IMG/VR virus record: IMGVR_UViG_3300044712_002337
Location: 18,564-82,563 of that record
Length of the DNA stretch: 64,000 nt
Strand: one strand, 5' to 3'
Origin: a virus
Taxonomy: Duplodnaviria > Heunggongvirae > Uroviricota > Caudoviricetes
Both the position numbers and the translations under genes were made by a program. Below, one piece after another: positions 56,059-63,364 of the stretch. Every line of letters begins with the position of its first letter. Position 1 is the first letter of the stretch. A model generated the notes under the pieces. The model saw only the letters and a list, made by a program, of their open reading frames with translations, had not been told where the DNA came from and did no database searches.

Positions 56059-56319
56059 ATGCCCATCTACACGAAGTGGGGCGACCGGGTGGAAATCGTC
56101 GAGAACGCCGGCCGGCACAAGCCGTCCTGGGCCGAGGAGAGCGAGCTCACCCTGGTCCGGCTGGTGTACCCGGACGACGGCTACCGGACGCGGTTCGAGT
56201 TCGCCCACGCCCTCCGGGCGGAGGGCGGGTGGCCGGTCATCGAGGCGGCCGTGAACGCGGCCCCGAAGCTCGAACTGGCCGGGGCGGCCCTGGTTGAAGC
56301 GTTAAAGGAGGCCGAATGA
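56059..56319 (+). CDS. Hypothetical protein, 86 aa
   Basis: ATG after GAGCGGAGCGAAC. Confidence 0.65.
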   Translation: MPIYTKWGDRVEIVENAGRHKPSWAEESELTLVRLVYPDDGYRTRFEFAHALRAEGGWPVIEAAVNAAPKLELAGAALVEALKEAE

Positions 56320-56699
56320 TGACCTGGGAAGAGATTCGAGAGCGGGCCGAGGACGACCACGAGGAACACGCCGACCGCCTCATCCGGGTGCGGGGGTGTC
56401 AAATCGGCGGGCTGAAGGCGGACGACGACGGCGAGTACGAGCCGGACCCCGAGTACCTGTACTTCCGCAAGGGGCTCTGGGTTGTAGTCGGGAAAAAGTT
56501 TGATTATCTCACAGACACAAACGAGAGCGCCGGGCTGCTCGACGCCACCTGGGAGGCGGAAGCCCTGCCCGGTCAGTTGAGCCCGGGCGAGTACGTTTGC
56601 TGGATTGACGGCCCGACCTACTACCTCGACGGGCGGCGGGAGACGCCCTCCTGGATGGAGGTCGGGGAGAAGGTCATCGACCTGACGCTCGCGGACTAA
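56316..56699 (+). CDS. Acidic hypothetical protein, 127 aa
   Basis: ATGA overlap. Confidence 0.65.
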   Translation: MMTWEEIRERAEDDHEEHADRLIRVRGCQIGGLKADDDGEYEPDPEYLYFRKGLWVVVGKKFDYLTDTNESAGLLDATWEAEALPGQLSPGEYVCWIDGPTYYLDGRRETPSWMEVGEKVIDLTLAD

Positions 56700-56737
56700 G
56701 CGGCCTGTCGGCCGCGTTTTAAAAGGGAGAATCACTG

Positions 56738-57091
56738 ATGAGTTCGTACTACGTCCCGACCTACCTGGAGTTCGGCCCCCGCCAGGCGGACGGGTGGCCC
56801 GCCTTCGTCACCGAGGAAGGCAAGGCGTACGCCGCGGAAAAGGTGGCCGAGCTGTTCGACAGGTACACCCTGGTCGACCTGGACATGTGCCACCGGGCCG
56901 TTTTCGAGCGGCGGAAGGGGCAGCCCGAGTGCTTCAAGGGGGTCGCCCTCTGGGACGCCATCTACGCCGTCTGCCACCGGGCGATTCTGGACAACCAGGC
57001 GGAGCCGGTGTGGCGGCGGACGGGGTACGGCAACCTCCTTCGGGAGGAGAACCTGCGGCGGAAAGCGGCGGGCGAAGCTCGGCCCTCTTGA
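56738..57091 (+). CDS. Hypothetical protein, 117 aa
   Basis: Repeat-element SD. Confidence 0.65.
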   Translation: MSSYYVPTYLEFGPRQADGWPAFVTEEGKAYAAEKVAELFDRYTLVDLDMCHRAVFERRKGQPECFKGVALWDAIYAVCHRAILDNQAEPVWRRTGYGNLLREENLRRKAAGEARPS

Positions 57092-57139
57092 CGAGAGAAA
57101 TCTTCTACCTTATAAAACCAAAAGCTCAGGGGACTGGCC

Positions 57140-58015
57140 ATGGTGACCAAGACGACCGCGTGGGGCGTAATCAGCTTCTGGTCGCTGTCGGAGTCTTGCG
57201 ACCGGCGGGTGCTGAACGAGGGGTGGTCGGCGCTCGGTTTGAACAAATACGTTCCGGACGCCCCGAATGATTTCGCCGTGCTCAAGCGGGCGCTCGAACA
57301 GGTGTACCCGAAGGCGGGCACCATCCCCCGCCAGCTCCGCACGAAGACCGGGTTCTTCCTGCTCGACGAGACGCGGGGCGTGGACGCCAACCAGTACGGC
57401 GGGACGACCACGGTGAAGCTGCGGCCGGGAACCAACGGGCTGGACTTCGCCAACACCGACGGGTCGGAGTTCGTGTACGACGACCGGGCGATGGAGGTGG
57501 TGAGCCGGTTCCGCGAGGGGCAAGGGCGGCTGAGCGCGGCCCAACTGGCCAAGGCGATGACGGCGGTGCTCACCCAGGAGTACCACGCGGTGGCCCTTCG
57601 CCCGAGCGGCGGAATCTATTGGATGTCAGGTCATCACAATGACAACTGGCGGGCGGCCGCCGAGGTGGTCGAGCGGGCGTGCCCCGGGTCGAGCGTGTAC
57701 TTCGTCGAGAACGGGGCCGACACGGACTCGGTCCGCGCCGTGCGGGACGCGGTCATCCACTCGGTCGAGGTGCAGTCCCGCCAGATGGTGAAGGAGATGG
57801 AGGAGGGCGACCTGGGGGAGCGGGCCCTCCGCACGAAGATGACCGAGATTTCCCGGCTGGCCGACCAGGTGGTCGAGTACGAAGCCATCCTGGCCGAGTC
57901 GCTGGAACCCCTGCGGGCCCGCCTGGAGGAACTCCGCCAGGCCCACGGCACGGCCCAGCTCCTCGCCTCGGTCGGCGGGACCGCCTCCACGCAGAAGGAG
58001 TACTCGTATGCGTGA
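57140..58015 (+). CDS. AAA/vWA-associated protein (DUF3150/DUF6744-like, tentative)
   Basis: LRPSGGIYW motif, coiled-coil C-terminus, lies between the AAA ATPase and vWA genes. Confidence 0.6.
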   Translation: MVTKTTAWGVISFWSLSESCDRRVLNEGWSALGLNKYVPDAPNDFAVLKRALEQVYPKAGTIPRQLRTKTGFFLLDETRGVDANQYGGTTTVKLRPGTNGLDFANTDGSEFVYDDRAMEVVSRFREGQGRLSAAQLAKAMTAVLTQEYHAVALRPSGGIYWMSGHHNDNWRAAAEVVERACPGSSVYFVENGADTDSVRAVRDAVIHSVEVQSRQMVKEMEEGDLGERALRTKMTEISRLADQVVEYEAILAESLEPLRARLEELRQAHGTAQLLASVGGTASTQKEYSYA

Positions 58016-60965
58016 GTTCGACCCGCCCGCGGAGGGGTTGGACCCCCTGGCCGCCCTCGACCGGGAGGCCAAGCGGCAGGCCGCCGAGGAGGCCGCCCTG
58101 GAGAAGCACCGCCGGGTGGTGGGCCGGTTCTACGTGCTGGGGGCCAGTCCGAACCGGGCGTTCCTGACGGCCCTGGCCCTCCAGCTTGAGCCGAAGGTGG
58201 ACTGGGAGGCTCAGACCGCGTGGACCGACGGGAAGAACATCGGGTTCAACCCGGACTTCGTCGGGGGGCTGAGCGACACGCAGTGGGACGCGGTGACCGC
58301 CCACGAGATTCTGCACGTGGCCTGCCTCCACCACGTGCGGCGGGGCGACCGCGACCCGGAGCTCGCGAACATTGCATGTCTGCGGGGTGACGCACTGGTA
58401 TTAGGGGTAGACGGCAGCAGTCGTAGAATCGAGAACTTAGCAATCGGCGACACAGTAATTGGGATTCGTGGTGGCAAACTAGTCCGGACGAAAGTCCTAA
58501 ATGTGACTAGCAAGTATGCACCCGAGCTAGTTAGTGTTCGCTGTGGCGAGGACGAGGTTCTCTGCACGCCGGAACACCTCTTTCTCACCAGTGATGGGTA
58601 TGTGGAAGCCTCACAGCTCGGTTCCTCCGGCAACGCGCCATGGCAAGTTGTCCGTTTCAGAGAAGGCGTTTCTCTCGAAACATTGCCATACCATGACCAA
58701 TGTGGAGTTAGCAACGAAACTTGGAAGAACCTACAACTCAATTGCGAGTTACTTCAGGAAGTGCCCAAGGACAAAAATCGTCAAACGCAGAAATGTTGCA
58801 CCGTTCCTGAAAATGAGTGCCGAGACTCTGGCTTACATGGCAGGTATTATCGACGGCGAGGGGACGGTAACAGTAAGTGGTCGAGGCCAGGCCCAAATAT
58901 CAGTAGCGAACACGTCCAACAAACTGGCCGGATGGATGGAGAGCAAGGGGTTTGGGCTCAGAAAAACTCGCAATATAAAGGGGCGGCCATACTGGAATAT
59001 GGTACTGGGCGGGTATTCCATCATCGAGCCTCTGAAGAAGCTATTGCCCTATCTCGTTATCAAGCGTCAGCAAGCCGAGCTGGTAATCGAGTATATCGAT
59101 CTGCGACTGTCGCAAGGGCATCGCTTCACGCTCTCGGCGCGGATGGAGGAGATTATTCGCGAGATTCGGGCCTTGAACGAGCGGCGTACTCCTGCCGAGT
59201 TCAAAAACATCAAGCTGGAGCCCGAGTATATGACATCACCACCTGCTGCGGCTCTTTCATCGCCAACGGATTCGTCGTCCACAATTGCGATTTAGCTATT
59301 AACTCCATCCTGGTGGACGCCAACTTCGATTTGCCGGCGTGCCGCCTCCTGCCCGGGGAGGGCGAGTACAAGGACCTGCCGCCGGGCCTGGGTTTTGAGG
59401 ATTACTATGCTCGCCTGCAGCAGGCTCGCAATGAAAACCCCGGAAAACAGGGGAACGGGGCTCCACAGGGCGGCGGGGCGAAGGGCGACCCCGGCGGGTG
59501 TGGCGAGGTGCGGGACGGGGGCTCCGACGCCTCCTCTTTGGCGGAAGCGGAAGCGAACGCCAAGGTGATGGTGGCCCGCGCGGAACAAGCGGCTAAAGCC
59601 AAAGGAGAACTGGGGGCCGGTCTGGAAAGAATGACGGGGGCGGCTTTGCGACCCCCGTCCAACTGGAAGGACGAGCTTCGAGACTTCGTCTCCCAGAAGG
59701 CCAAGGAAGACTATTGTGTCGCCCCGGAAACACTAGTCTTGAATGCTGAATTAAAATGGGTGACGGCTGGAAGCCTCAAGCCAGGCGACCGTCTGTTAAC
59801 AGTAGAAGAGTACCCGGCTTCCGGTCGGTGTCATCGTAGAATGTGTGAAGCGGTAGTTCAAGGAGCTTATATTTTTGAAGCACCGCGAATGGTTATGGAG
59901 AATGATAAGGGGCCACCAATCGTGTCGACGCTTGACCACAAGTATTTAGCTGCTACGGATGGCTCTGGTAACCGTTGGGTTAAAGCGAAAAGACTGAAAG
60001 TGGGGCGGAAAGTCAAGTTTTTGGTCGACCCATGGAGTGACGACCGTTCGGATTCATGGCTCGCTGGCATGTATGACGGAGAGGGATATCTAACCGCAAA
60101 CCCTCCCGACCGCCCAAGGTCGGGCGTGAACCTTGGTATTGCCCAAACCGCTGGTCCGGTACTCGACCGCGTCTTAGAAACTTTTGATAGTCTTGGACTA
60201 AACGCGGGTCAGTATGTGAAGCCTCGACTGTTGGTGAATTCCGCTGAGGCGGGGAGACCAGTCAGTAAGAAGGATTGTTACTCGATTGGGATTAATAGAT
60301 TATCGAATATCCTTCGTCTGCTTGGTGTTTACCGACCGATTCGATTGCTGACAAAGTTTCAACATATGATGAGAGAAAAATGGTTTACTTTTCCTCGCCC
60401 CGGTAAAGCGACCATCACAAAACTTGAACGAGTTGGCGACGGGCCTGTCGTATCTCTTAAAACCTCGACGGGCACACTCATAACGAACGGAGTTGTTAGC
60501 CACAACTGCTGGGCCCACCCCAACCGCCGGTTCATCGCCCAGGACCTGTACCTGCCCGGCCTCCACTCGGAGACCCTGGGCACCGTGGCCGTCGCCGTCG
60601 ACTGCTCGGGCTCCATCGACGAGACCCTCCTGGCGGAGTTCGGGAGCGAGCTCCAGGACATCCTCTCTTGTTTTCCGAAGACGAAACTCCACACCTTTTA
60701 TCACGACGTGGACGTCCACAAGGAAGAGGTGTGGAGTTCCGAAGACGGGGAACTGAAGCTGAGCCCGGTCGGGGGCGGGGGCACCTCCCACGTCCCGGTG
60801 TTCGAGCGGATGGCCGCGATGGACGAGCAGCCGGCGTGCATCGTATGTTTGACCGACTGTTATACTACTTACCCGACGAGTGACCCGGGTGCCCCTGTCC
60901 TGTGGGCGTGCTTCGGGAACGACGGGGCGAATCCGCCCTTCGGGAGGGTGATTCACGTGCGGTGA
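58008..60965 (+). CDS. Metallopeptidase (HExxH)-vWA protein (DUF2201-like) with two inteins
   Basis: TAWTDG, AHEILHVAC.H, NIA|CDLAIN, DY|CWAHPNRR, VAVDCSGSI, GGGGTSH, CLTD. Confidence 0.92.
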   Translation: MREFDPPAEGLDPLAALDREAKRQAAEEAALEKHRRVVGRFYVLGASPNRAFLTALALQLEPKVDWEAQTAWTDGKNIGFNPDFVGGLSDTQWDAVTAHEILHVACLHHVRRGDRDPELANIACLRGDALVLGVDGSSRRIENLAIGDTVIGIRGGKLVRTKVLNVTSKYAPELVSVRCGEDEVLCTPEHLFLTSDGYVEASQLGSSGNAPWQVVRFREGVSLETLPYHDQCGVSNETWKNLQLNCELLQEVPKDKNRQTQKCCTVPENECRDSGLHGRYYRRRGDGNSKWSRPGPNISSEHVQQTGRMDGEQGVWAQKNSQYKGAAILEYGTGRVFHHRASEEAIALSRYQASASRAGNRVYRSATVARASLHALGADGGDYSRDSGLERAAYSCRVQKHQAGARVYDITTCCGSFIANGFVVHNCDLAINSILVDANFDLPACRLLPGEGEYKDLPPGLGFEDYYARLQQARNENPGKQGNGAPQGGGAKGDPGGCGEVRDGGSDASSLAEAEANAKVMVARAEQAAKAKGELGAGLERMTGAALRPPSNWKDELRDFVSQKAKEDYCVAPETLVLNAELKWVTAGSLKPGDRLLTVEEYPASGRCHRRMCEAVVQGAYIFEAPRMVMENDKGPPIVSTLDHKYLAATDGSGNRWVKAKRLKVGRKVKFLVDPWSDDRSDSWLAGMYDGEGYLTANPPDRPRSGVNLGIAQTAGPVLDRVLETFDSLGLNAGQYVKPRLLVNSAEAGRPVSKKDCYSIGINRLSNILRLLGVYRPIRLLTKFQHMMREKWFTFPRPGKATITKLERVGDGPVVSLKTSTGTLITNGVVSHNCWAHPNRRFIAQDLYLPGLHSETLGTVAVAVDCSGSIDETLLAEFGSELQDILSCFPKTKLHTFYHDVDVHKEEVWSSEDGELKLSPVGGGGTSHVPVFERMAAMDEQPACIVCLTDCYTTYPTSDPGAPVLWACFGNDGANPPFGRVIHVR
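58377..59285 (+). mobile_element. Intein 1 (303 aa), no endonuclease motifs in frame
   Basis: CLRGDALV...IENLAIGD...CTPEHLFLT...VYDITT...FIANGFVVHN|C; the middle of the in-frame sequence has no nuclease motifs. Confidence 0.92.
58594..59295 (+). CDS. LAGLIDADG endonuclease with N-terminal HTH, in the +1 frame inside intein 1
   Basis: SEKAFLSKHCHTMTNVELATKLGRTYNSI; LAYMAGIIDGEG; LLPYLVIKRQQAELV. Start uncertain (ATG 58594, 58600 or 58693). Confidence 0.85.
   Translation: MGMWKPHSSVPPATRHGKLSVSEKAFLSKHCHTMTNVELATKLGRTYNSIASYFRKCPRTKIVKRRNVAPFLKMSAETLAYMAGIIDGEGTVTVSGRGQAQISVANTSNKLAGWMESKGFGLRKTRNIKGRPYWNMVLGGYSIIEPLKKLLPYLVIKRQQAELVIEYIDLRLSQGHRFTLSARMEEIIREIRALNERRTPAEFKNIKLEPEYMTSPPAAALSSPTDSSSTIAI
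59715..60506 (+). mobile_element. Intein 2 (264 aa) with in-frame LAGLIDADG
   Basis: CVAPETLV...STLDHKYL...WLAGMYDGEG...VVSLKTSTGTLITNGVVSHN|C. Confidence 0.92.
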
Positions 60966-60988
60966 CGAGGTCGCCTTGGGAGGGGAGT

Positions 60989-61270
60989 ATGGGTCTCACA
61001 CGCGCCGAGTTCGAGAGCTTGCAATGCCGGGCCCAACTGTGGGCCACCGGGGCGACCGTCCACGACGTGAGGTGTCTGCTCGGCCCCATCGAGATGACGG
61101 TGGCGGGGCTGAAGGAGCGGTGGCACCGCAACCCGGCGATGTTGCGGTGGGTGGACCAGTACCAGGCGGTGCTGGTGAAGACGTTGGAAGAGTTCATGGC
61201 TCACGGCGACTACCGCAAGGCCCGGCGGGAGAACCCGGAGCCCGAAGCCCCGAGGGAGGAGAAGAAGTGA
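60989..61270 (+). CDS. Hypothetical protein, 93 aa
   Basis: GGGGAG SD. Confidence 0.6.
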   Translation: MGLTRAEFESLQCRAQLWATGATVHDVRCLLGPIEMTVAGLKERWHRNPAMLRWVDQYQAVLVKTLEEFMAHGDYRKARRENPEPEAPREEKK

Positions 61271-61533
61271 CCTTAGCCGACAAAATCGCTATTCGCCACA
61301 TCCCGCTCAAGCGGCTGTTCGACCTGGCGAAGGACCTGCTCGAACCGGGCGAGGAGCACTTGAACCCGGAGTACACGCGGGCCCTGGTCAACCTGCTCGG
61401 GGACGCGGCCGGGATGGCCACGGACGAGCACGACCAGGTGGCGGCCGCACTCGGGGCGGACTACGTGAAGCTGATGGAGGCGGCGGACTCGGATTACGAA
61501 CGGAGACGGGCGGCATTCAGGGGAGGTGACTAA
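61267..61533 (+). CDS. Hypothetical protein (NPEYTRALVNLLGD), 88 aa
   Basis: GTGA overlap; GGAGG SD. Confidence 0.65.
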   Translation: MTLADKIAIRHIPLKRLFDLAKDLLEPGEEHLNPEYTRALVNLLGDAAGMATDEHDQVAAALGADYVKLMEAADSDYERRRAAFRGGD

Positions 61534-61535
61534 GT

Positions 61536-62003
61536 ATGAGTCACTTCGTCATCGGCCAGAAAGTCGAAATCTTGACCCACGGAAAACCATTCTACCGCGG
61601 CGTCATCACCGCAGACCGCGGCCTTCTCGGCCCGAACCGGAGTCGAATCTGGCGGGTCGAGAACAGTTGGGTCTTGGAGGTGGGGGAGGACCAGATGCGG
61701 GTCGCCTCCCCCGCCCCGCCGACCGAGTACCGGATTTGCGAGTACTCGGGCAACGTCATCGGGCCGGGCGGGTTCGATGTCGCGGTAGACCGGGAGGACA
61801 TGGACCTGGACCCGCTGGTCGCGCGGCTGAACCATCTCCACGCCGCCCTGACCGCCTGTGTGAAGTTCGAGACCGAGCCGTGCCGGTTCGACCACGACGG
61901 CGTCTGCCAGGCTCACCACCTGGGCAAGCCGTGCGAGGTGGCCGTCGGCCGGAAGCTGCTCGGGCTGCCACACACCCCGCCGCTGGCTTCGCCAGCAGAT
62001 TAA
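61536..62003 (+). CDS. Hypothetical protein, 155 aa (SH3-like N-terminus, FDHDG.CQAH)
   Basis: GGAGGT SD. Confidence 0.65.
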   Translation: MSHFVIGQKVEILTHGKPFYRGVITADRGLLGPNRSRIWRVENSWVLEVGEDQMRVASPAPPTEYRICEYSGNVIGPGGFDVAVDREDMDLDPLVARLNHLHAALTACVKFETEPCRFDHDGVCQAHHLGKPCEVAVGRKLLGLPHTPPLASPAD

Positions 62004-62095
62004 AGGGCTGTACCCATGGCGGACACTATTGTCTGGTTCGTTGTCATCCTCGCCCTTTGGCTCATCGCGATGAGGGGGCTGAGAAAGGGGGACTG

Positions 62096-62428
62096 ATGCG
62101 TGCGACCAAGAGCAACGACGGTAAGTACCGGTTCGACCTGAAAATCACCTACCGGCTGGGCCTGATGGATGTGGTACAGGGGGCGGCCGACTGGGTGCGG
62201 TCGCAGGAACCGGAGTGGCCGGAGGAAGTGGAGGAACTCATCAAGAAGATGTGCCGGACCACCGTCCTCAACCACCTGCGCGAACTGGTCAAGCAAGACG
62301 GGCTGGGGTGGTCGATGCGGTCGGGTGACTACGTCCGCGAATACCTGGACCAGTACCCGGGCGCGGCCGGGCTGGAGGAACAAGCCGAGGCGAAGGCGCT
62401 GAAGCTGTTCCCGGAACTGGCGAAATAG
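62096..62428 (+). CDS. Hypothetical protein, 110 aa
   Basis: AAGGGGG SD then ATG. Confidence 0.65.
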   Translation: MRATKSNDGKYRFDLKITYRLGLMDVVQGAADWVRSQEPEWPEEVEELIKKMCRTTVLNHLRELVKQDGLGWSMRSGDYVREYLDQYPGAAGLEEQAEAKALKLFPELAK

Positions 62429-62488
62429 TGGGGCTCCGCCCCACAGCCCCGTGGCCCTACGGGCCACATTTTAAAAGGTGAAAATCAT

Positions 62489-62710
62489 ATGTCAGTCGGA
62501 ACCGGCATCAGCGCGACCGCCCACCTGAAGCGAGACATCACGCTGTGGGCGGGCCAAACGTCCTCCGTCACCGGCGAGCTCATCCAGGGGACCGACAAGG
62601 ATTCCATCGGGTTCCTGGTCGAAGGGCCCTACTCCCAGAAGGCGGTGGTCGTCGTCCCGAACCACAACATCACCGCCCTGGTGCGACTGGTCGAGAAGTT
62701 TCCTGAGTAG
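62489..62710 (+). CDS. Hypothetical protein, 73 aa
   Basis: Exactly bracketed by inverted repeat elements. Confidence 0.7.
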   Translation: MSVGTGISATAHLKRDITLWAGQTSSVTGELIQGTDKDSIGFLVEGPYSQKAVVVVPNHNITALVRLVEKFPE

Positions 62711-62765
62711 TATTTTTCCCTTTTAAAATAGCTGGTGAACCCCGCGGACGCCAAGAGGAAGACGC

Positions 62766-63044
62766 GTGCGAAAACTCTACAAGTTCCACTGGGACTGCGG
62801 CCGGATGGGCGACCTGGTGGGCGTCTTCGCGGCCGAGGAGGCCGCGGTCAGGGCGGCCGTCGGGCGGGAGGTCTACTTCGGCGAGGTGCTCGGGAAGCAC
62901 TCGGAGATTTACGGGGACGTGACCGAGGACGACTTCGAGGTGCTGACCGACGACCAGGCGTTCATCGACCAGGCGATAGCTTACGGCCTGCTGCCCACGG
63001 GTCACAACCCCCTCGACCGCTTACGCGGCGGGGACGAGGAGTAG
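62766..63044 (+). CDS. Phage hypothetical protein (WDCGRMGDL.G.F...YFGEVLGKHSEI)
   Basis: GAGGA SD. Confidence 0.75.
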   Translation: MRKLYKFHWDCGRMGDLVGVFAAEEAAVRAAVGREVYFGEVLGKHSEIYGDVTEDDFEVLTDDQAFIDQAIAYGLLPTGHNPLDRLRGGDEE

Positions 63045-63049
63045 TCAAA

Positions 63050-63265
63050 ATGGTCGTCCGAGGGAGGAAGCCCTGGTTCGTCGCCCCCGACCCGGCCTGG
63101 ACGTACCGGCAGACGGCCCGGGCGTTCGCCGAGCGGGAGCGGGCCGAGCTGCGGACGGGCAAGCAGGCCGAGTTCTCGCTCGCCGGCCGGCCGGAGCGGT
63201 TCCGCATGGCCCTGGTCCGCTCGGAGAGCGGGTGGGTGTTCGCCGTCGTCCCGGAGGGGAAGTAG
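63050..63265 (+). CDS. Hypothetical protein, 71 aa
   Basis: GAGGAG SD then ATG. Confidence 0.55.
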   Translation: MVVRGRKPWFVAPDPAWTYRQTARAFAERERAELRTGKQAEFSLAGRPERFRMALVRSESGWVFAVVPEGK

Positions 63266-63364
63266 TGCGCGTTCTGGTGTACTGGGGGATTATCACTATT
63301 TGGGTGATAATTGGATTGTTCGTCAAAGACGAAGACCGACAACTTCCTGCGAGCGGAGCGAGCA

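Larger units (their letters stand above)
1225..62730. repeat. Dispersed hairpin + (G/C)AT(T/G)TTAAAAGG-N-GAAA element, about 32 copies, both strands
   Basis: Approximate core positions and strand: 1225+, 7648+ (variant), 8795-, 10820-, 11103+, 16004+, 17751-, 18158+, 20749-, 21807+, 22833-, 23079+, 25118+, 26514+, 28635-, 30646+, 31297-, 32777+, 33035+, 36902+, 37627-, 39532+ (degenerate), 42860+, 45073-, 46986+, 50711-, 52605+, 55374+, 55808-, 56716+, 62468+, 62712-. Confidence 0.92.
18607..63363. repeat. Dispersed GAGCG(G/A/C)AGCGA(A/G)C motif, about 11 copies
   Basis: 18610, 19695 (minus), 24273, 30255, 33393, 34235, 35879, 43373, 44400, 56046, 63350. Most end 0-4 nt before a start codon. 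Confidence 0.8.

Noticed and set aside
1225-62730. CRISPR array or integron attC interpretation of the dispersed repeat
   Set aside because: Copies are separated by whole genes, not 30-40 bp spacers, occur on both strands, and lack paired RYYYAAC/GTTRRRY boxes. No cas or integrase gene is in the window.
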